Origin: an uncultured delta proteobacterium
GTDB lineage: Bacteria > Myxococcota_A > Polyangia > Polyangiales > Polyangiaceae
Length of the DNA stretch: 64,000 nt
Assembly: GCA_963806225.1 (NCBI GenBank)
Contig: CAWDXG010000004.1
Coordinates: 704,001-768,000 of the forward strand
Direction of reading: 5' to 3'
Shown here: positions 1 through 14,204 of the stretch, in pieces
Numbering within the stretch: position 1 is the stretch's first letter
Layout of the letters: the number at the start of each line of letters is the position of its first letter
The notes under the pieces: generated by a model
What the model saw: the letters and a program-made list of their open reading frames with translations, nothing else
Databases searched by the model: none
What the model was told of the DNA's origin: nothing
Made by a program: the position numbers and the translations under genes

Positions 1-239
1 CAGCAGCCATCACTCGATACGTAGCTCAATCCGGCGCCGGCGGCGCAGACGGCCGTCATTTCGCCCGCCCCGCCGCCCACCCCCGGAGCGAGGCGCGCCG
101 ACCGGCCGGGTGCAGGAGCCCGATTTCATGGAGAATTGCCAGATCCGGCAAAGAGCGTTTCCACCGGCAGAGCGCGCTCCGTAGTCGTTGACTGCCCCCG
201 GCGCCGGTGCCACCGTCTCCCAAACCTGGAGGTGGTCGC

Positions 240-857
240 ATGTTGCGCAAGGTAGTCGGATTGCTGTCTCTGGCGCTCACCCTGCTCGTGATGGGCTGCG
301 GTGGACTAAAGTTCATGAACGAGGCGAAGCCTCCGCAGGCCGTTGCCGCGGATCCGGCGAACGCCACGGTCGTCTTCATCCGACCGTCGGGCTACGGCGG
401 CGGCGCAAGCTTCAACATCATCGACCAGAGCGGGAGGTTCCTCGGCGAGGTCAACGGCGAGAGCTACTTCGTGTCGAAGATGCCCCCGGGCCAGTACACG
501 TTCATCGCGTGGAGCGAAGGCACGCCCGCGATGCAGGCGACCGTCGAGGCCGGCAAGGTCTACTACGTGGAGGTCGGCGTCACGATCGGCATGTGGGGCG
601 GACATGCCCGGCTGTTCGCCATCGGGCCCCAGCGTGAACAGTGGGCGAAGCTTCCGAAGTGGCTGGCCGACTCGACGGAGCTGCTTCCGAAGCCGGACGC
701 CTCCTCGAAGTTCAGCGCCGACCGCGGCAGCGACGAGAAGGAAGTCATCCAGAAGGGCGTGAACAACTACGCCGGCTACGAGGGCGACGAGAAGCAGAAG
801 CGCACGTTGTTGCCGAGTGACGGTGTGAGCGCACCGGTAACGCCTTCCGCCGGCTAG
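240..857 (+). CDS. Lipoprotein, DUF2846-like
   Basis: GGAGGT RBS before ATG 240; signal peptide with lipobox LVMG-C; ATVVFIRPS...GESYFVSKMPPGQYTF...VEAGKVYYVEV pattern typical of DUF2846 proteins. Confidence 0.65.
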   Translation: MLRKVVGLLSLALTLLVMGCGGLKFMNEAKPPQAVAADPANATVVFIRPSGYGGGASFNIIDQSGRFLGEVNGESYFVSKMPPGQYTFIAWSEGTPAMQATVEAGKVYYVEVGVTIGMWGGHARLFAIGPQREQWAKLPKWLADSTELLPKPDASSKFSADRGSDEKEVIQKGVNNYAGYEGDEKQKRTLLPSDGVSAPVTPSAG

Positions 858-887
858 ACCTGCCCGCCGGCCACGCCATCGATCGAG

Positions 888-2285
888 CTAGCGCGCCCGA
901 TCCCGGCCCGTGAACAGCACGACCGCGTCGTCGTCCACGCCGATACCGGCGCGCCCGAGCGTGAGCAGGCCAGCCAGGCCGGAGCTGCCCGTCGCGTCGA
1001 CGGGAATCGTCGTGCTGGCGCGAGCCAGGCGGTTGGCCTCGGCAACCGTGGGATCGGACACGACGATCGGGAAGCCGCCCGAGCGGAGCATGCCGCGCGT
1101 GACCGCGAACCAGTCGTAGGTCTCGTCGTCGAGAATGCCGTGGGCCAGCCCGTGCGGCTCGCCCTCCCACGGCCACATGAACTCGTTCTTGTGCGTGACG
1201 GCGTAGCCGAGCGCCGCTTCGAGCTCCAACCCGTCACGGTGCTCGCGGACCAGATCCGCCCACTGCCGCGCACTGTCGAGCTCGATGCCCGCGCCGCTCT
1301 CCGGCGGCAGCTCGCCTCCGTAGCCCAGCGCGGGCAGGACACGCCGCATCACCCGCGCCCAGGCGCGGCAGAGCGGCGCTACGGCCTCCGTCTGCACGGC
1401 ATGGAAGCGCGGCAGCCGGCCCGCGCCGCGGCGCTCGGCTTCCTCATAGGCCTGCACCGTGGCGCTGGCGAGCGCTCCGCCGCCGACCTGGACGAAAATC
1501 CTATCAGGCGGTGCCGAAGCGGCGAGCATCTCGTACGCGAGCGTCATTCCGCCTTCGACGACCAGCCCGTTGTCGCTGCCCTGGCACGAGAACGGGACCG
1601 CTCCCTCGGTCACGGCGCGGCGGAAGCCGAGCGTGCACGGATCGCCCGGCTCGGCGCCGTCCCGCTGGCACACTTCTACCGTCGCACCGAGCGCGTCGAG
1701 CCGCGAGACCACGGCGGGCTCCGCCCAGGTCGGCACGAACACGCGCAGCGTCCGCCCGGCCGCGCTCGCCACCACCGCGGCGGCCAGCGCGGCGTTGCCG
1801 CAGCTCGAGATCGCCAGCGGGCGTTCGCGCGCCGGAGCGCCCGGCAGCGTCTCGAGATACAGCATGAGCCCCATCAGGTGCCGCGCCTTGTGTGAGCCGG
1901 CGACGTTCCCGGTCTCGTCCTTGACGCGCAGGCGCCCCTTCCAACCCACAGCGCGCGCGAGCTCCACTGCGTCGCCGAACGGCGTCTTCGAGAAACCGTG
2001 GCCGTCCACCTCGGCGACACGCCGGTCGAGCGCCCTCACCTGTTCGACCCAAGCCTGATCTTCCACGCCCGCGCGCTGGTAGGAGCCGAGCAGCGAGCGG
2101 AAGGCGATGAACGGATTGTCGTCGTCCGGCGCAGGGAACGGAACGTGTGCCACGTCCAGCCGCCGCTCCAGCACGTGATCGACGTTGTCGCCCTCGCGCG
2201 CGTGTGGACAGCGGAACGGCGGCAGACCGCTGCCCTCGACGCGCTCTCCGCAGCCGCTGCACACGAAGAACGTCGGCAGGTTCAT
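888..2285 (-). CDS. PLP-dependent fold-type II enzyme, threonine synthase-like, with N-terminal Zn-ribbon
   Basis: N-terminal CSGC...FRCP; KDETGNVAGSHKAR (PLP Lys); SSCGNAA; VQVGGGAL phosphate loop; C-terminal VLFTG. Confidence 0.8.
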   Translation of the reverse strand: MNLPTFFVCSGCGERVEGSGLPPFRCPHAREGDNVDHVLERRLDVAHVPFPAPDDDNPFIAFRSLLGSYQRAGVEDQAWVEQVRALDRRVAEVDGHGFSKTPFGDAVELARAVGWKGRLRVKDETGNVAGSHKARHLMGLMLYLETLPGAPARERPLAISSCGNAALAAAVVASAAGRTLRVFVPTWAEPAVVSRLDALGATVEVCQRDGAEPGDPCTLGFRRAVTEGAVPFSCQGSDNGLVVEGGMTLAYEMLAASAPPDRIFVQVGGGALASATVQAYEEAERRGAGRLPRFHAVQTEAVAPLCRAWARVMRRVLPALGYGGELPPESGAGIELDSARQWADLVREHRDGLELEAALGYAVTHKNEFMWPWEGEPHGLAHGILDDETYDWFAVTRGMLRSGGFPIVVSDPTVAEANRLARASTTIPVDATGSSGLAGLLTLGRAGIGVDDDAVVLFTGRDRAR

Positions 2286-2293
2286 GTTCGGCC

Positions 2294-3787
<1,494 letters not shown>

Positions 3788-3790
3788 GAT

Positions 3791-5017
3791 TCATCCTATC
3801 GCCTGCATCCGCGCGCCGAGGCGCGCGACCTGTTCGCGCGCCTCGGCGACAATGGCCCCGTGGTCGGCGACCAGCAGGCGGCCCTCCCGTACCACGATCC
3901 GTCCCGCGACGACCACGAGGCTCGTCACCCCGCCCGCAGTCACCACCAGGTCGGCCACGGCGCCCGACGAAAGGCCGAACCCGGCGCCGAAGCGCGCGGA
4001 AAGCAGCCGCCTGCCGCCGTCGAAGCGGCGCGCCGCTTCCGCGGCCGGCTCGCCGTGAGCAGCAAGCTGCTCGGCCAGCACCCGCCGCTCCTCGAGCATC
4101 TCCGCCGGGTAGCCGTCGGTGCCGAGCGCCACGTTCGGGTGGTCCGGCAGATACGCCGGATAGCCGACCTTGTTGCCCAGGTTCGAGCGCGGGTTCTGCA
4201 CGATCCAGCAGCCGCGCTCCCGGGCCAGCCGCATCGCCGCGGCATCGAGGTGCACGCCGTGCGCCAGGATCGACCCGGGCACGAGCGCGCCCAGCTGGTC
4301 GAGCCGCTCGAGCGGCCCGGCGTAGCCGCGCTGTCGCGCGTCCTCGACGTCCTCGGCGGCCTCGGCCATGTGCACGTGCAACACCGTGCCGAGCTCGCGG
4401 CACAGGTCCCCGGCGCGCCGCAGCGTCGCGTCGGAGACCGTGAACGATGCGTGCAGCCCGACCAGCCCCTTCACGCGATCGCTGTCACGCTCCCGCGCGA
4501 AGCGCCGGCACTCGTCGAGCCCGCGCCCGGCTTCCTCGAGCCCACCGTTGCGCTCCGTCGCGCCGTAGCAGCAGAGCGCGCGCATCCCGAGCTCCTCGCA
4601 GGCGTCCGCCAGGATGTCGAGCGAGCCTTCGACAAGCGCGGGCGACTCGTGGTGGTCGACAAGCGCCGTCGTGCCGGCGAGCAGCGCCTCGGCGACGTAG
4701 TAGCGCGCCGCCGCGCCGAGCGACGCCGCGTCCAGCGCGCGATCGAGCTTCCACCACAGCCGCTCGAGGATCTGGAGGAAGGTCTCCGGCGCGGGCGTCG
4801 GCGGCGGCAGGCCGAGCGCGAACAGGCCGCTGTACAGATGCGTGTGGGCGTTGACGCGGCCCGGCTCGATGACCGCGTCGGCGCAGCGCACCTGCGCGGC
4901 GCACTCCGGCGGCGCTTCCGGCAACGTGCCGACCGCCGCGATGTGCCCGTCGGCAATCGCCACCCAGCGCCCGTTGCGATCCGGGCCGATCAGGAGCTTG
5001 TTCAAGTCGCTTTCCAA
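3791..5017 (-). CDS. Metal-dependent amidohydrolase, SsnA-like
   Basis: VNAHTHLYS (HxH), GLHASFT, LHVHMAE, LAHGVH, QNPRSN, LGTDG; start probably TTG 5017 or 5005, just after the xdh stop. Confidence 0.8.
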   Translation of the reverse strand: MESDLNKLLIGPDRNGRWVAIADGHIAAVGTLPEAPPECAAQVRCADAVIEPGRVNAHTHLYSGLFALGLPPPTPAPETFLQILERLWWKLDRALDAASLGAAARYYVAEALLAGTTALVDHHESPALVEGSLDILADACEELGMRALCCYGATERNGGLEEAGRGLDECRRFARERDSDRVKGLVGLHASFTVSDATLRRAGDLCRELGTVLHVHMAEAAEDVEDARQRGYAGPLERLDQLGALVPGSILAHGVHLDAAAMRLARERGCWIVQNPRSNLGNKVGYPAYLPDHPNVALGTDGYPAEMLEERRVLAEQLAAHGEPAAEAARRFDGGRRLLSARFGAGFGLSSGAVADLVVTAGGVTSLVVVAGRIVVREGRLLVADHGAIVAEAREQVARLGARMQAIG

Positions 5018-5024
5018 GCCTGGC

Positions 5025-7664
<2,640 letters not shown>

Positions 7665-7806
7665 GGTATCTCCAGCTTTCGAAAGCCGGATGATACCGCA
7701 ATTTTCCGCGGACGTTGACGCGCGGGGCCGGGGAGAGCACCGTTATCGTGTTCCCGCTTCCTCTTTTCCTCCAGGCCCCGAACGCGCGCGGCCGGGAAGG
7801 AGCCAT

Positions 7807-8919
7807 ATGTCCTCCAGGTATTTCGCTGCAGCGGTCCTCATGGCCTTTGCTGGGCTCGTCGGCTACGGGTGCAGCGCCGCATCTGGAGCCGCCAACTCGC
7901 CCGGCAGCGGTGGCGGAGCCGCCACGGGCGGCGGCAGCAATGGGGGGACCGGCGGCGGCAGCGGCGGCATCGACGGTGGCGGCGCGCAGGGCGGCAGCGC
8001 GGGCAACCCACAGGGCGGCAGCGGGGGCAGCGGCGCCAGTGCCGGCAGCGGCGGCAGCTCGGGCAGCGGCGGCGGGCTGGGGCACTGCGATCCCAAGAAC
8101 GGCGATCTCGCCGGCTGCGAGTGCACGGCCGGCACGCCCCCCCGCCCCTGCTACCCGTCCTCGCTCGATCCGGCGACGCGTCACATCGGCGACTGCAAGG
8201 ACGGCACGCAGAAGTGCACCGGCGGCGGCGAGTTCCCGGTCTGGGGCAACTGCACCGGCGCGGTCGGCCCCGCGAGCGAAGTCTGCAACGACGGCCAGGA
8301 CAACGACTGCAACAACAAGGCCGACTGCGGCGACCCCTCGTGCGCCACTTTCCCAGGCTGCGGCGGCAGTTGCGCGAACGGCCAGACCCGCCCCTGCTAC
8401 ACCGGGCCGCCTAACACCCAGGGCGTCGGCACCTGCCGCGCCGGCACGCAGACCTGTACCAACGGCAACTGGCCCACCACCTGCACCGGCGAGGTCACGC
8501 CGGTGAAGGAAGTGTGCAGCGACGGGCTCGACCACAACTGCAATCACCTGCCCGGCTGCCTCGACGCGTTCGCCTGCGCGCTCGACCCGGCCTGCCAGCC
8601 CACGTGCAAGGCCGATCCCGGCTGCAGCTGCCCCAGCGGCAGCGGCGAGACCGCCACCTGCCCCGACGGCACCTACGGCATCACCAAGGGCGCCACCATC
8701 ACCAAGCCGGGCACCGTCGAGTGCTGCCCGTGCACCGCGAGCGACTGCGGCAACCCCGGCTGCTGCGCGGAGTCGGTGTGCAAGGGCAACTCGCAGTGCT
8801 CCGGTTTCCAGTGCGGCCCGCTGCCCGCCTCCTGCGGCGGCAAGGTCGGCTTCGACTGCGACGACTTCCCCGAAGACTGCGACGTCACCTGCTGCAAATG
8901 CACGCAGTGCCCGCCGTGA
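7807..8919 (+). CDS. Cys-rich secreted lipoprotein with Gly-rich linker and two repeated Cys modules (MopE-like E-x-C-x-D-G-x-D-x-x-C motifs)
   Basis: GAAGGAG RBS; lipobox VGYG-C; two copies of RPCY...G-x-C-x-x-GTQ-x-C...W...C-x-G-x-V-x-P-x-x-EVC-x-DG-x-D. Confidence 0.75.
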   Translation: MSSRYFAAAVLMAFAGLVGYGCSAASGAANSPGSGGGAATGGGSNGGTGGGSGGIDGGGAQGGSAGNPQGGSGGSGASAGSGGSSGSGGGLGHCDPKNGDLAGCECTAGTPPRPCYPSSLDPATRHIGDCKDGTQKCTGGGEFPVWGNCTGAVGPASEVCNDGQDNDCNNKADCGDPSCATFPGCGGSCANGQTRPCYTGPPNTQGVGTCRAGTQTCTNGNWPTTCTGEVTPVKEVCSDGLDHNCNHLPGCLDAFACALDPACQPTCKADPGCSCPSGSGETATCPDGTYGITKGATITKPGTVECCPCTASDCGNPGCCAESVCKGNSQCSGFQCGPLPASCGGKVGFDCDDFPEDCDVTCCKCTQCPP

Positions 8920-9032
8920 TCTCCCCCTATAGCTCCGGCGGGTCCTGGCAGCCGCGGCGCCCAGTTGGCGTCGCGGCGAGGCCCGGCTACGCTCCCGACG
9001 TTGAACCCCCGGAGCGACGACGAAACGCAGGC

Positions 9033-11349
9033 GATGACCGACTTCAAGTCGGCCGCCATGCAGACCGGGAGCCGGCGCCCGGTGATCGGCGGGCGCTACG
9101 AAGTGCTCGGGCTGGTCGGCGCAGGCGGCATGGGCAGCGTGTACCGCGTGCGCGACAGGGAGCTCGACGAAATCGTTGCGCTCAAGATGCTGAAGCGTGA
9201 GCTCATGACTCTGCCGGGCGTGCTCGAGCGTTTCAAGCGCGAGGTGAAGCTGGCCCGGCGGGTGACCCATCCCAACGTCGCCCGCACCTTCGACATCGGC
9301 GAGCACGAGGGCGAGCGGTTCCTCACGATGGAGTACATCGACGGCGAGCCGCTGTCGGCGGAGCTCGCGCGCGGCGGCGCGCTGTCAATCGCGCGTGCGC
9401 TGTCCATCGCCAGAGCCCAGTGCGCCGGCCTGACGGCAGCGCACGACGCTGGCGTTGTGCACCGGGACCTCAAGCCGCACAATGTGATGCTCGAAAAAAG
9501 CGGCCGCGTGGTGGTGACCGACTTCGGCATTGCGCGCACGCACGTCGACGAACCGTCGCACACGCTGGGCGGCGCGCTCGGCACGCCCGCCTACATGGCG
9601 CCCGAGCAGGTGGAGGGAGCGCGCGATGTGGACGCTCGCGCAGACGTGTACGCGCTCGGCGTGACGCTGTTCGAGATGCTGACAGGCGAGCTGCCCTGGC
9701 AGGGCGACTCGGCGATCACACTCGCGGCAGCGCGCCTCACCGGATCGCCGCCCGACCCGCGCACACGACGCCCGGACCTTCCCGAAGATATCGCAGAGCT
9801 GGTGCTCGGCTGCATGGCGCGCTCGCCAGACGATCGACCGGCGAGCGCGCGGGACCTGGCGAAGACACTGGCGGACCTGATCTCGACCTGGAGCGACGTG
9901 ACGGAGGAGCCCCCCGCCTCGAGCTGGCGCCCGGTGCTACCCGCCGACCCCACTCCGGTGGGCGACAAGACCGTTGCGGTGCTGCCCTTCAAGAACGGCG
10001 GTCCACGCGACGACCAGTACATCGCCGAGGGTCTGACCGAAGATCTGATCGACACACTCAGCATGGCGCAGGGGCTCAGGCTCCGCCCACACAGCGCTGT
10101 GGTCGCGTTCACTGGCGCGGTGGACTCGCGCGAGGTGGGCCGCGAGCTCGGCGTGCAGGTCGTGGTCGAGGGCTCCGTGCGGCGCGCTGGACAGATGCTG
10201 CGCATCGCCGCACGGCTCGTCAGCGTGGCGGACGGCTTCCAGCTCTGGGCAAAGCGCTTCGATCGACCCGCCACCGATCTGCTCGTGGTCAGCGACGAGG
10301 CGGCCGCTGCCATCGCCGAGGCGCTCACGGTAGCCGCTGCCGCCCCCGTACGCGCGGCGCCCACCGACCCGCGCGCGATCGAGCTCTACCTCAAGGCGCG
10401 CGCCGAGCTCCGGCGGCAGTGGCGCGCGCCGGTGGAGCGCTCGGTCGAGCTGTACCGTCAAGCGCTCGCTCTGGCGCCCGGCGATGCGACGATCCTGGCC
10501 GGCTACGCGCGGGCTTGCGTGCGGCTGTGGTTCTTCAACGGCAACGAGGAGCTCGGAGAACAAGCCGAGCAGCTCGCAGAGCAAGCGCTGGCCCGCGCTC
10601 CGGAGGGCAGCGACTCGCTCGTCGCGATGGCCGGCGTGCACTTCGCCCAGCGCCGGGTGGCTGCGGCCGCACGCGGGGTGCAGGCAGCGCTGTCACGGGC
10701 GCCGCTCCTGGCCGACGCCCACCACCTGCTGGGACTGATCCTGGGCGAGATCGGCCGGCCCGAGCTCGCCATCGCCCAGCTCCAGAGTGCGGACCAGCTC
10801 GACCCCGGCCTGCGCGCGGGCTTCGACCTGGCACGCCTGCTCGCTCTGCTCGGCAGGTACGACGAAGCGCTGTCGATCCTGCACCGTCCCGCCGAGGATC
10901 CGGAGTCGCAGTTCTCCGCGCTCTCGCTTGCCGCGCGGTTCGCTCTGTGGCGCGGCGACAGCGAGCACGCTAGGAAGCTCCGGCCAGCGCTCGAGGCGGC
11001 ACCCACGACCGAGCCCATCGAGTACGCCCGGCTGCTCGTCTCGCTGCTCGAGAAGGGCAGCCTCGGGCCCGACGAGCTCGCCTTCATGCAAGAGCAGCTC
11101 GGCGTGCGCCGCGGCCGGCAGATGGTGCTGGTGCACCAGCTCGAGTGCGAGGCTTTCGCCCGCGCGGGCGAGCCTGCCAGCGCGCTCGAGCAGCTCGACA
11201 GAGCGGTCGACACAGGTCTTCACGACCTGACCTGGCTCGAGCACTGCGAGGCGCTGGAATCGCTACGGAGCGACCCGCGCTTCGACAAGGCGCTCCGCGT
11301 CGTCTCGGAGCGCGCCCGCGAGGTACGCGCCGCGCTCGGGCTGGACTAG
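9033..11349 (+). CDS. Ser/Thr protein kinase with TolB-N-like domain and TPR repeats
   Basis: GAGGMG, VALK, HRDLKPHN, DFG, GTPAYMAPEQ; VAVLPFKN...EGLTEDLIDTLS; helical TPR-like C-terminus; start uncertain (8965-9058). Confidence 0.9.
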
Positions 11350-11369
11350 ACCGCGTCAGCGTCGCGGCG

Positions 11370-11633
11370 CTACTTCAGCTGGCTGTCCTTGCTGCCGCGC
11401 CGGTTGTACAGGGCGTGCTCGGTCTCCTCCGCGTCGGCCTCGGCCTGGCACTCGACGCAGCGCCGCACCCCGGGCAGCGCGTTCCGCCGCTTTTCCGGAA
11501 TCGGCTCGCCGCAGCTCTCGCAATCCGCGAGGCTCTCGCCCCTGAGGCGGCTCCGCGCCCGCTCGACGGCGTCCGCCACACTGGCGTCGATCTGCTCCTG
11601 CACCGCCCCGTCCTTGGCCCAACCTGTCGCCAT
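11370..11633 (-). CDS. DksA/TraR family C4 zinc-finger protein (YbiI-like)
   Basis: MATGWAKDGAVQEQID...CESCGEPIPEKRRNALPGVRRCVECQ...YNRRGSKDSQLK. Confidence 0.92.
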   Translation of the reverse strand: MATGWAKDGAVQEQIDASVADAVERARSRLRGESLADCESCGEPIPEKRRNALPGVRRCVECQAEADAEETEHALYNRRGSKDSQLK

Positions 11634-11945
11634 CGCCTGATCCCTTGTCGCTCGCGTCTTCCGCCAAGAATAGCCGAGCGCCCGTCTTCGTCCAGCCGGT
11701 TCACTCCTTCCCGCCATCCGCCGTACCCGCGTCCGTGGAGGCAGCTTCCGCTCCAGGCGCACACGGATCCGGCGGCGGCGCGACAGGCGGCGCGACCGCT
11801 CCGAGCGTCGCAGCGCTGCCTAGCTTCCCGCCGCACCGCATCCTCGTCGAGCACCGGGCGACATAAGTCCTTTCCGTGCGGGAGGGCAGCACGCGGCAGT
11901 AGACCGTCTGGGGTTTGTCGGTCCGGCGCGGTATCCTGCGGGGCG

Positions 11946-12989
11946 ATGTCGTCACTGCGCGTCGCGTGTCTGTTCGCCGTCGCGCTCGCGGCGTGCAGCT
12001 CCGCGCCGGGCGCCGCGACGGACGGCGACGCCGCGGTCGCGCCCGTCGACGGCACCAGCGATTCGGCCGACGCCGGCGCGGCCGGCGACGCGGGCGACGC
12101 GGGTGCCGCCGACGCGAGCGACGCCTCGGCGTCGTGCCCCGCGCCGGCGCTCGCCGCCGTGCTGACGTTCCAGCTCGCGCACGCGGCCTATCCCGGCAGC
12201 GGTCACCCCGACGTGGCCGTGCACGTGCCGCCCGGTTTCGATCCCTGTCGCCAGCCGTCGCTGGTGATGTTCTTCCACGGCTTCGAGAACTGCGTCATGA
12301 ACGCCATGGGCGCGACCGACAGCGTGTGCACGCCCGGCAGCCCGGCGCGCGTGGCGCTCCACCTCGCCGAGCAGTTCGACGCCGCAAACGTCAACGCCAT
12401 CCTCGTCGCGCCGGAGCTTTCCTTCGACGCCGACACCGGCAACCCCGGCAACCTGGACAACCCCGGCGAGGTCCGCGCCATGCTCTCCGAGCTCCTGGTC
12501 GACAATCTCGCGCCGCTCCTCGGCGTGTCGGTCGACGTGCCCGATCTGGATCGCATCGTGGTCGCCTCGCACTCCGGCGGCTACTGGGCCACGGCGCGTA
12601 CGCTCGCGGTGGGCGGCCTCGATGTCGACGAGGTCGAGCTCTACGACTCGCTCTACGGCCAGGACTCCACCTACTCCGACTGGACGACGAGCGACGTCTC
12701 GCTGTTCGACCCGTCCGCGCTGCCCGCGCGGCGTTTTTCCATGATCTGGACCACCGGCGGCGGCACCTACGCCCTGTCCGAGCAGCTCGAGAGCAACGTC
12801 GAGAGCGCGCTCTCCAGCGCCGGGCTCGATTCGCTGCTGTTCTTCCAGGAGGACACCGCGCCCACGCCCACCGACGCGGAGCTCGCGCAACCGTTCGTGT
12901 TCAAGCACAGCGGCCTTTCCCACTACGGCGTGCCGCTCTACTACTTCGAGCGCGTGCTCGCCGCCTCGGACATCGCGCCGATCCCCTGA
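11946..12989 (+). CDS. Lipoprotein, alpha/beta-hydrolase fold
   Basis: Lipobox LAA-C; DAG-rich linker; FFHG; SHSGG nucleophile elbow; YDSLYG and SHYGVP as candidate Asp/His of a catalytic triad. Confidence 0.75.
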   Translation: MSSLRVACLFAVALAACSSAPGAATDGDAAVAPVDGTSDSADAGAAGDAGDAGAADASDASASCPAPALAAVLTFQLAHAAYPGSGHPDVAVHVPPGFDPCRQPSLVMFFHGFENCVMNAMGATDSVCTPGSPARVALHLAEQFDAANVNAILVAPELSFDADTGNPGNLDNPGEVRAMLSELLVDNLAPLLGVSVDVPDLDRIVVASHSGGYWATARTLAVGGLDVDEVELYDSLYGQDSTYSDWTTSDVSLFDPSALPARRFSMIWTTGGGTYALSEQLESNVESALSSAGLDSLLFFQEDTAPTPTDAELAQPFVFKHSGLSHYGVPLYYFERVLAASDIAPIP

Positions 12990-13025
12990 GCCGACGCCAC
13001 TAGCTGCGCGCCGGACGATCCGGGC

Positions 13026-14111
13026 CTAGTTGCAGCCCGCCGGCTGCATCGCCGTGATCCAGTCGCGGATGAGCTGGACGCCTTCGCTGTGGGGCATCTT
13101 GCTGCCGAGGGGTGGCATGCGGATCTTGGGATCCGTCGCGCTGATGCGGCAGATCATGACCGACTGTTCCGGGCTGCCCGGCACCACGTCGAGCGTCAGG
13201 CCACAAGTCGCGCCGCCGGCCGAGGTCGGCAGCTTGCAGACGCCCCAGTTGGTCGGATCCCCGACCGGGTCCGTGTCCCCGTACGCGAGCCGGAGCGCGC
13301 TCTGCGTCGCTCCCCCGCCCTTGGTGTGGCAGTGTCCGCAGTTCGAATCGAGGTAGGCGCGCGCGCGATCGACGAGCGGCGCCTTGCCGAACGGATCGAC
13401 GAGCGTCTGGCGCTGGGCGGCGGGCGGCGGCGCGGCGCTGAACCAGCCCAGCGAGGCCATGTGATCGATCTCGTTCTCGGGGCCGTTGCCGTAGTCGTGG
13501 TCGCGGTTGAGCTGCCGGGTGTGGCCGCCGAGCGTGTTCAGCTTCGCCCCGGTGCCGTGACACTTCTGGCAGTCGTTGGTGTTGGGCACGCCGTAGTCGT
13601 TGTGCTGCTGCTTGCCGTGCACGTCGATCCAACTGACGGGCACGTCGGCTCCGGCCACGGTGTTGACGGCCTCCGTCTCCGCGTCGTTGTAGAGATACGT
13701 GTGCGCCGTCCAGCCCGTCGACTCGTGCACGAGCAGGCGGGTCTCGATCAGCCGCTCTCCCTTCGACGGGTCACGCATGTCGGCGAGGAAGCCGAAGGTC
13801 TTGACCAGGATCGTTCCCACCGGGAACTTCCAGTCCCCCGTCGGGTCGTAGCCGACCTTCTTGCCCTCCGGCACGTACATGAAGCGGTGCTTGTTCGCGT
13901 AGTCGGAATAGAGCGGCGCGTTCACTTCGTACGGCACCACGCCGTCGTTCGGCAGCTGCCGCTTCATGTCGCGGAAGATGTGCCACTGGCCGAGCTTGTC
14001 GTACGGCTTGCCCTCGGGCGCCGGCGTCACGTGCGACGGCGGCGTCGGGCTCTGGCTGCTGCCGCAGCCCGCCAGCAGCGCGGCCAGCAGACCAAGCAGC
14101 ATCCCCGCCAT
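13026..14111 (-). CDS. SO2930-family di-heme c-type cytochrome lipoprotein
   Basis: Lipobox LAG-C; PYEVNAPLYSDYANKHRF, FPVGTILVKTF, IETRLL; heme motifs CQKCH and CGHCH; RMPPLG; start 14111 or GTG 14123. Confidence 0.85.
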   Translation of the reverse strand: MAGMLLGLLAALLAGCGSSQSPTPPSHVTPAPEGKPYDKLGQWHIFRDMKRQLPNDGVVPYEVNAPLYSDYANKHRFMYVPEGKKVGYDPTGDWKFPVGTILVKTFGFLADMRDPSKGERLIETRLLVHESTGWTAHTYLYNDAETEAVNTVAGADVPVSWIDVHGKQQHNDYGVPNTNDCQKCHGTGAKLNTLGGHTRQLNRDHDYGNGPENEIDHMASLGWFSAAPPPAAQRQTLVDPFGKAPLVDRARAYLDSNCGHCHTKGGGATQSALRLAYGDTDPVGDPTNWGVCKLPTSAGGATCGLTLDVVPGSPEQSVMICRISATDPKIRMPPLGSKMPHSEGVQLIRDWITAMQPAGCN

Positions 14112-14162
14112 CAGCGTCCTCACGCCGGAATCATGTGACAGGCATCGATCAGGCGCCAGATT

Positions 14163-14202
14163 GTGTGCCATTTTGCCACAGTTTTGTGGCAAAATGGCAC
14201 AC
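14163..14202. repeat. Perfect 18-bp inverted repeat with 4-nt loop (hairpin or tandem operator)
   Basis: GTGTGCCATTTTGCCACA (14163-14180), GTTT, TGTGGCAAAATGGCACAC (14185-14202). Confidence 0.9.
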
Positions 14203-14204
14203 TT

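Noticed and set aside
14112..14175. Sigma54 promoter next to the 18-bp inverted repeat
   Set aside because: TGGCAC and TGGCGC are present on the minus strand but neither gives GG-N10-GC spacing.
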